Below are positions 42,034 through 47,601 of a stretch of DNA of 47,601 bases, piece by piece. The position numbers and the translations under genes were made by a program. Every line of letters starts with the position of its first letter. Position 1 is the first letter of the stretch. The stretch spans positions 1 to 47,601 of the forward strand of contig JAQTRP010000002.1 of NCBI GenBank assembly GCA_028711765.1, in the 5' to 3' direction. Source of the DNA: Candidatus Omnitrophota bacterium (lineage in GTDB: Bacteria; Omnitrophota; Omnitrophia; Omnitrophales; JAQTRP01). The notes under the pieces were generated by a model that did not search any database, was not told the origin of the DNA, and was given only the letters and a program-made list of their open reading frames with translations.

Positions 42034-42036
42034 AAT

Positions 42037-42849
42037 TCATCTCCCGATAATCGTAATTCCGGCTTTATCGGCCTCCTGAACAACATCGGCCTTATCTATA
42101 AAAATCGTCTTGCCCGCTTCAAAAGCAAGAACCTTAGCGCCTGATTCTTTCATGACACGGATCGTATTTATACCAACGGCCGGGACATCGAATCTCATAT
42201 CCTGGCGGGGCCGCGCCGCTTTAACAACCACAACATCGCCGGAACCGAGCCGCCCTCCCCGCCTGATTGTTTCATCGGTACCTTCTATCGATTCAACGGC
42301 AAGTACAGCCTTCTCCTTAACAACGATAGTCTGGCCGATATCAAGCCGGGCAAGCTCCTTCGCCACAGGCCAGCCGAACTCGATATCCTCTCTCTCCCGC
42401 CCGAGCGGCTTGCGTTTCGTCAAAATACCCGCTCCGGGGAGGCTGTCTCCCATAAAAGGAAGGGGATCCACAAACCTCATACCTTTTTCTTCTAGCCTAT
42501 GAGCCACAGATTCAAGGAGCGTCATATCTTTTCTGTCCTTAAGACGAAATGCTACCTTTAACATCTCAAAATCCGGCTTTACGCGGCCGCTGAAAAGAGA
42601 CGGCTTTGTGATATTGCCGGCAAAGAAGACGTCACGGACATTTTCCGACTTGAAAAATTTGATCAGCTTGCCCAATTCGCCGAGTTTGACCCAGGCAAGA
42701 CGCTTCACAATTCCGGAAATGTCGGGATCGCACTCTCCCGCGACCGCGCAGACGCACACCTCATAACCTTTCACCATTGCCTCTTTGGCTATCAGGAAAG
42801 GATACTTCCCCCCGCCCGCGATTATACCGATCTTTTTATCTGTGCTCAT
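42037..42849 (-). CDS. lpxI: UDP-2,3-diacylglucosamine hydrolase, LpxI type (DUF1009)
   Basis: IGIIAGGGKYP N-terminus. Size approx 270 aa. Position between lpxA and lpxB is typical of LpxI-encoding clusters. Confidence 0.75.
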   Translation of the reverse strand: MSTDKKIGIIAGGGKYPFLIAKEAMVKGYEVCVCAVAGECDPDISGIVKRLAWVKLGELGKLIKFFKSENVRDVFFAGNITKPSLFSGRVKPDFEMLKVAFRLKDRKDMTLLESVAHRLEEKGMRFVDPLPFMGDSLPGAGILTKRKPLGREREDIEFGWPVAKELARLDIGQTIVVKEKAVLAVESIEGTDETIRRGGRLGSGDVVVVKAARPRQDMRFDVPAVGINTIRVMKESGAKVLAFEAGKTIFIDKADVVQEADKAGITIIGR

Positions 42850-42896
42850 CTGCGTGGTTAAGGCTCCAAGCGCTCATCTGCGATCATCTGTGATCC

Positions 42897-43688
42897 TCAA
42901 CCGCAGATACCGCGTTCTGAGTGCCGAAGAAACTCGAGAAGTCTGACGATGGTTGGCGTGTGTTCAAGTTCGGCTTCGATGCGTCGAATAGCCGTTTTAA
43001 CGGAAAGTTCCGAACGGAAAATAATCTTAAACGCCCGCTTAAGCAGAATTTTGTCTTCCTTTGGCACGCCCGCTCGCTCGAGGCCCACAACGTTAAGGCC
43101 ATAAGCACGCACGGGATGCCCGTCCGTCATCATATAAGGGGGTATATCCTGAACCACTTTGGAACATCCGCCCACAATCGAGAGGGTACCGATTCTCACA
43201 AACTGGTGAACCGCGCTTAATCCCCCTATGATGGCCTTGTCTTCGACGGTGACATGGCCTGCCAGGGTCGCGACGTTCGCGAGAACCGTACCGTTGCCTA
43301 CTATGCAATCGTGGGCCACGTGGCAATACGCCATAAGAAGGTTGCCGTCTCCGATTACGGTTTCCGCCCCCTCCTTTGTGCCGGGATTAACGGTCGCGTA
43401 TTCCCGGATGTGGTTCTTGTTTCCGATTTTAAGGAAGCTCACCCCTCCGGCGTACTTTTTATCCTGTGTCACGGAACCGATCACAGCCCCCGTAAAGATC
43501 TCGTTCTCGGAGCCGATGGTGGTGTGGCCTTCGATCACAACGTGGGAGCCGATCTTTGTCTCATCTCCCACGACCACGCCCTCCCTAATCACGGAATAAG
43601 GACCTACTTCGACACCGCGGCCCAACTCCACGCTGCTTTCCACAATCGCCGTAGGATGAATTTTGCATAAGGCTGTTTTTTGCGTCAT
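42897..43688 (-). CDS. lpxA: Acyl-ACP--UDP-GlcNAc O-acyltransferase
   Basis: Hexapeptide repeats from IHPTAIVE onwards; GGLSAVHQFVRIG. The track ORF extends to 43766. ATG 43688 is preferred because it overlaps the lpxC-fabZ stop as ATGA and gives a typical approx 264 aa product. Confidence 0.9.
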   Translation of the reverse strand: MTQKTALCKIHPTAIVESSVELGRGVEVGPYSVIREGVVVGDETKIGSHVVIEGHTTIGSENEIFTGAVIGSVTQDKKYAGGVSFLKIGNKNHIREYATVNPGTKEGAETVIGDGNLLMAYCHVAHDCIVGNGTVLANVATLAGHVTVEDKAIIGGLSAVHQFVRIGTLSIVGGCSKVVQDIPPYMMTDGHPVRAYGLNVVGLERAGVPKEDKILLKRAFKIIFRSELSVKTAIRRIEAELEHTPTIVRLLEFLRHSERGICG

Positions 43689-45007
43689 CTCGACTTCTCC
43701 ACTAAAACAAAACGGAACACGGCCTCGCACACAAGTTGTTCGCCCACGTACGCCTTGGCGGCACACTCCCCCGTCCTTGATTTAAAACGGATAATGTCGA
43801 CTTCGAGCCTGAGCTCGTCGCCCGGATAAACGCCATGGCGGAACTTCGCTTCCTCGATACTCATAAAATAGGCGAGTTTCCCCAGGTTCTCGGGCTTATT
43901 CAACATAATGACGCCGCCCACCTGCGCCAACGCCTCGACGATCAGGACCCCCGGCATAATCGGATGCCCCGGAAAGTGGCCCTTAAAATACCAGTCGTTC
44001 CTCGTAACGCTCTTAATACCGACAGCGCGCTTACCCGGGTCAAGCTGTGTGACCCTGTCAACCAAAAGGAAGGGATACCGATGAGGGAGAATCTTCTTAA
44101 TCTGTTCGTAATCGTAGACCGTGCCGGCCGTAGTTGAAGACGGCACGGGGTTCCTGCCGACACCCGCCTGCGAAAGGTACGTGGCCAATTTCTTTACCAT
44201 TGCGAGGTTCTGTGTATGACCGCTCCTGAAAGAGACGATATGCCCCTCAATAGAACATCCCAACAGGAACAGATCGCCCAAAAGATCCAGTATCTTGTGC
44301 CGGGCGGCCTCGTTTTTAAAGCGCAGGGTATTTTTCATGGGGCGACCATCCTCAAACACAAGCGTATTTCCGAAGTTGGCTCCTTTACCGTATCCCGAGT
44401 TCACAAGAAATTCTGCTTCCTTCTTAAGACAAAAAGTCCTTGCCGGCGCGATTTCTTTGATAAAAACCTCCGGCGTAATCGGAAAAGAGGCAAACTGATC
44501 CGACAGGCCCTCGTCTTGATAGCTAAGGGTGTATGAAATCTTCTTTCCCTCAAAGGGAAGCGCTACCAGTCCCGCGCCATCTTCCGTATAGTAGACGGGC
44601 GATTTCAAGGAGAAACCTTTACGCACGAGGGGCTGCTCCACAAGCCCGGCTGCCATAATTTTCTCCGCGTATTCCTTCGCGCTGCCGTCAAGGGCCGGAA
44701 GCTCTGGCCCTGAAACACAAACAACGGCATTGTCTACGCCGAGTGCCATAAAAGTCGCGAGCAAATGCTCGACTGTGGAGACGGTGTTCTCACCCGCGCC
44801 GAGCGTAGTCTGTCTGCCGTGGAGGCCTCCGGTGTTAACATTTTCAAACGTGGCTTTAATCTCGGGGGATGAGACCAAGTCGGTACGGACAAAACGAACG
44901 CCTCGCCCGGCCTCGGCCGGCTTCAGGCATACGCAGCAGTCGCAACCCGTATGAATGCCCTTGCCCGAAAAAGATACTTCGCTACGCAGTGTTTTTTGAT
45001 ATTCCAT
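43685..45007 (-). CDS. lpxC-fabZ: Bifunctional UDP-3-O-acyl-GlcNAc deacetylase / 3-hydroxyacyl-ACP dehydratase
   Basis: LpxC part: GKGIHTG, TVSTVEHLLATFMALGVDN, HTQN. FabZ part: LPHRYPFLLVDRV, HFPGHPIMPGVLIVEALAQ. The track start is GTG 45010; the adjacent ATG 45007 is preferred. Confidence 0.9.
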   Translation of the reverse strand: MEYQKTLRSEVSFSGKGIHTGCDCCVCLKPAEAGRGVRFVRTDLVSSPEIKATFENVNTGGLHGRQTTLGAGENTVSTVEHLLATFMALGVDNAVVCVSGPELPALDGSAKEYAEKIMAAGLVEQPLVRKGFSLKSPVYYTEDGAGLVALPFEGKKISYTLSYQDEGLSDQFASFPITPEVFIKEIAPARTFCLKKEAEFLVNSGYGKGANFGNTLVFEDGRPMKNTLRFKNEAARHKILDLLGDLFLLGCSIEGHIVSFRSGHTQNLAMVKKLATYLSQAGVGRNPVPSSTTAGTVYDYEQIKKILPHRYPFLLVDRVTQLDPGKRAVGIKSVTRNDWYFKGHFPGHPIMPGVLIVEALAQVGGVIMLNKPENLGKLAYFMSIEEAKFRHGVYPGDELRLEVDIIRFKSRTGECAAKAYVGEQLVCEAVFRFVLVEKSR

Positions 45008-45043
45008 CACTTTATCCTGTTAAATCTGTTGTTAACTTAGTTA

Positions 45044-45083
45044 GCCAGTGAGCGAGTTAATAAATACTAACTCGCTCACTGGC
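45044..45083. other. Perfect 16-bp stem / 8-nt loop hairpin between skp and lpxC-fabZ
   Basis: gccagtgagcgagtta-ataaatac-taactcgctcactggc, flanked by gttagcc / ccggctaac words. This is the same vocabulary as the spacers at 3099-3200 and 4815-4916. Confidence 0.8.
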
Positions 45084-45113
45084 GCACAGGCTTACCGGCT
45101 AACACAAATTATT

Positions 45114-45647
45114 TTACTTCTTCTTCCCCTTCGTAGCCTGATATTCCTTGTTTATCGTATTAAGGATATCGTTTGTAACATCGTACTCCGGCTGATAATA
45201 GAGGAGAAATCTCTCGTTGAAGATCATGTCGTAACCGTTTTTCTTGCCGTAATCTTTGACGGCCTTATCGATGGACTCGAAAATCTGCCGTATAGCCTCA
45301 TCGCGCTCCTGGCCCAACGCCTTGCCTACTTCCCTGTCAAAATTATCGAGGGCTTTGATCTTCTCATCTATGGCCTTCTGCTTTTCCGCCTTGCCGCTGT
45401 CGGAAAGAAGGACAAGCTCGTCTTTCAGGGAACGGATATCGCGGACGATGGCGTCACGCTCTTCCTGCTTTGTCTTGCTCTTCGCGTTGATGGTTGTCTC
45501 CGAATCCTTTGTCCTTTCATACTCGTTAAAAACCTTAGCGACATCCACATAAGCCACCTTCTGAAGTCCTGCGGCGTAAATCGGCGCAGAGCTCAGAACA
45601 AATGCCGCACAAATGAGCACTGCCACAATCCCTTTCAGGCTTCTCAT
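45114..45647 (-). CDS. skp: Periplasmic chaperone Skp/OmpH
   Basis: Signal peptide MRSLKGIVAVLICAAFVLSSAPIYAAG. Lys/Glu-rich coiled-coil body. Position directly after bamA. Confidence 0.85.
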   Translation of the reverse strand: MRSLKGIVAVLICAAFVLSSAPIYAAGLQKVAYVDVAKVFNEYERTKDSETTINAKSKTKQEERDAIVRDIRSLKDELVLLSDSGKAEKQKAIDEKIKALDNFDREVGKALGQERDEAIRQIFESIDKAVKDYGKKNGYDMIFNERFLLYYQPEYDVTNDILNTINKEYQATKGKKK

Positions 45648-45733
45648 AACTACCTCCTTTTATAAGTTTTTGTTTGGTTTCTGTTTGGTTTTTGTTTTAC
45701 TAACAACTATTCCCTATTCACTATCGACCGCCT

Positions 45734-47584
45734 CTAGAACCCTCTACTAAAGCTGAACTCGAACTTGCCGTTCTTATCCTTTTCCTTGTCGCGGTTAGTG
45801 ATCGGGAAACCGTAGTAAAGAATCATGGGCCCGACGGGAGTATTCACTTTAATACCGGGGCCGATACTCGTCGCAAAGTCACCCCACTTGAGGTCCCAGG
45901 CTTTAAGCTCAACCTCGCCGATATCGACAAAGACAATGCCCTTAAAATTCTTCACTATCGGCCAGGTATACTCAATGTTTTGGACGCACAAGGTATTACC
46001 GCCGACAGCCTGCCCGTTCTGCTTGGGACCAACACGCCTGAAACCGAAACCGCGCACGGTGCCGAGACCGCCCGCGTAAAACCTGTCAAAGACGGGAGTT
46101 TTCTTAGTGCTCCCGAAGGCGTCCATTACGCCGATCCTAAAGTCGAACTCAATCACGTGATCTTTCCTGAAACTCCAGTATTTTGTCGCGCTCGCCTGCG
46201 AAATATAGTATGTCTTCGAGCCGCCAAGAATGCTTCCGACAAGCTCGGTCGAGAAACCAAGCACGCTGCCTTTTGTAGGATTGTAGAGGTTATCACGGGA
46301 ATCCCTGCCTATCGAGAAACGGGCGCGGCTCAAGGTATTGGAAGTGCCGGTGTCGCGGACATCTTCTCCCGCGCTTTCGGATATGTCTCTCAGCTTAACG
46401 CCTTCAAGTGTGTAGCCGACTCCCGCGCGGACATATTCCGTAAACGCCTTTCCAAAATTAACGCTGAAACCGTAGCGGCGTGTTTCGAAATCGGTGTTGT
46501 TCCTGAGGTTGTCGACGGCATACAGGTTAACACCTAAAGAAACGGGCTTGTTAAAAAGCCAGGGCTCCACAAAACTCATGTCCAAATCACGCGTAGTCGA
46601 ACCGAGGCGACCTCTCAGGGAAAAACTCTGCCCCGCGCCGGTAAATGTGGGCCAGCGCATGAGGTCAAAATTCCTTTGCGCAATTTCGGCGAATCCGATA
46701 AATTTATCGACGGAACTCACGCCGGCGCCGAACGACAACTCGCCCGTCTGCTTCTCCTTGACGCGGAAGACAAGATTCCTGCGGTTAGGGGCAGTGCCAG
46801 GCTCCGTATCCCATGTAACCTCTTCGAAAAACCCCAAATTATCGAGGCGCTGTTTTGAGCGGTCGAGTTTTCCGCCGTCAAACCGCTCTCCGGGACGGAT
46901 CCTAAGCTCGCGCCGTATGACGATATCTTTTGTCTTGGTGTTACCGCGGATCTTAACCTTATCGACAAAGTAAAGATCGCCCTCGGTAATATTATAAACA
47001 AGGTCGACCTTGCCCGTATCTTTGTTCAGGCGGACATCGGGCATAACCTGACAGTCCATATAACCGCGGTCAAAATAATATTTTCTGACCGCGTCGATAT
47101 CGTTCGCCATGTTAAATTGCGAATAGACATTGCCCGGCAGCATCTCGAGATTCTGCCAAATCTCGCTCTCGGGGAAAAGGACGTTGCCTGAGATTTTGAC
47201 GTCGCCGGCGATATACTGGTGGCCTTCCTCAACCTGAATGGTAATAAAGATCATCTTCTTCGCGCGGTCGTAATCCATCCGCGGAACAACCTTGACGTCG
47301 AGAAAACCGTTTTTTTGGTAAAACCCCTCGACGCGATCGAGGTCTTCGCGAAATTGGTCTTCTTTAAAAACGCCGGGCTGTAGAAACCAAATCCACCCTT
47401 TCGGTTTTGTCTTGAGTAGCGCCTTGACCTCGCCCACCTTGAAGGATTTCACGCCTTCAAAGCTGATCTTGTTGATCTTGTATTCCTCGCCCTCGCTGAT
47501 GAGGATATAGACAACGGCTTCCTTTGTTTCCTCGTTCACGTCGACTTCGGATTTCACCTCGACAAACTTGTAGCCTTTATTCAA
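45734..47584 (-). CDS. bamA: Outer-membrane protein assembly factor BamA (POTRA repeats + beta-barrel); N-terminal part missing or in another frame
   Basis: POTRA-like segments (INKISFEGVKSF..., VKISGNVLF..., VKIRGNTKTKD...). Barrel ending ...KFEFSFSRGF with a C-terminal aromatic residue. The first listed codon is TTG 47584, directly preceded by in-frame TAA 47587-47585, and there is no signal peptide. Confidence 0.85.
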   Translation of the reverse strand: MNKGYKFVEVKSEVDVNEETKEAVVYILISEGEEYKINKISFEGVKSFKVGEVKALLKTKPKGWIWFLQPGVFKEDQFREDLDRVEGFYQKNGFLDVKVVPRMDYDRAKKMIFITIQVEEGHQYIAGDVKISGNVLFPESEIWQNLEMLPGNVYSQFNMANDIDAVRKYYFDRGYMDCQVMPDVRLNKDTGKVDLVYNITEGDLYFVDKVKIRGNTKTKDIVIRRELRIRPGERFDGGKLDRSKQRLDNLGFFEEVTWDTEPGTAPNRRNLVFRVKEKQTGELSFGAGVSSVDKFIGFAEIAQRNFDLMRWPTFTGAGQSFSLRGRLGSTTRDLDMSFVEPWLFNKPVSLGVNLYAVDNLRNNTDFETRRYGFSVNFGKAFTEYVRAGVGYTLEGVKLRDISESAGEDVRDTGTSNTLSRARFSIGRDSRDNLYNPTKGSVLGFSTELVGSILGGSKTYYISQASATKYWSFRKDHVIEFDFRIGVMDAFGSTKKTPVFDRFYAGGLGTVRGFGFRRVGPKQNGQAVGGNTLCVQNIEYTWPIVKNFKGIVFVDIGEVELKAWDLKWGDFATSIGPGIKVNTPVGPMILYYGFPITNRDKEKDKNGKFEFSFSRGF

Positions 47585-47601
47585 TTACTTCTGCTTGATC
47601 G

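Noticed and set aside
43689-43766. N-terminal extension of lpxA as listed in the track (start 43766)
   Set aside because: The extension (MCRQGVRGRTTCVRGRVPFCFSGEVE) is Arg/Cys-rich off-frame-like sequence that overlaps the end of fabZ. ATG 43688 overlaps the upstream stop as ATGA and gives a canonical LpxA N-terminus.

Overview
The window has two very different halves. The right half (31.6-47.6 kb) holds ordinary diderm housekeeping genes. On the minus strand, right to left: bamA (N-terminal part not recoverable), skp, a fused lpxC-fabZ, lpxA, lpxI, a single-domain response regulator and a hybrid sensor kinase. Then come a Gfo/Idh/MocA oxidoreductase and lpxB on the plus strand, followed on the minus strand by an MsbA-like ABC exporter and rpsB-tsf-pyrH-frr. 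In the left half (1-31361) the supplied ORF track shows only short plus-strand or off-frame ORFs. Translating the minus strand by hand gives ONE uninterrupted frame from ATG 31361 to the left window edge: at least 10,453 codons, no stop, C-terminus outside the window. It is most likely missing from the track because it never closes inside the window. The product begins with a signal peptide or signal anchor. It is a chain of about 25 unrelated modules: methyltransferase, HEAT + radical SAM, kinase-like folds, GT2 glycosyltransferase, two GHKL ATPases, CheD-like, UDP-sugar pyrophosphorylase, two sigma-70-like modules, receiver, malic enzyme, Fis-type HTH + J domain, and several unknowns. Almost every module junction carries the pentapeptide G-[S/A/K/R]-S-L-G (33 canonical copies, conserved at amino-acid level with free synonymous codon choice); the exceptions carry degenerate versions. 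At eight junctions two or three motif copies bracket 28-59 aa low-complexity spacers. The spacer DNA consists of stuttered 6-9 nt words and inverted repeats from the same word families that form intergenic hairpins in the housekeeping half. I read this as a punctuated, polyprotein-like giant gene whose punctuation function is unknown (processing site, modification sequon or recombination cassette), and I consider it the main novelty. It loosely recalls giant genes reported from uncultivated Omnitrophota-type bacteria; that link is inference only. All domain calls come from motif recognition by eye; no database search, HMM or structure prediction was run.
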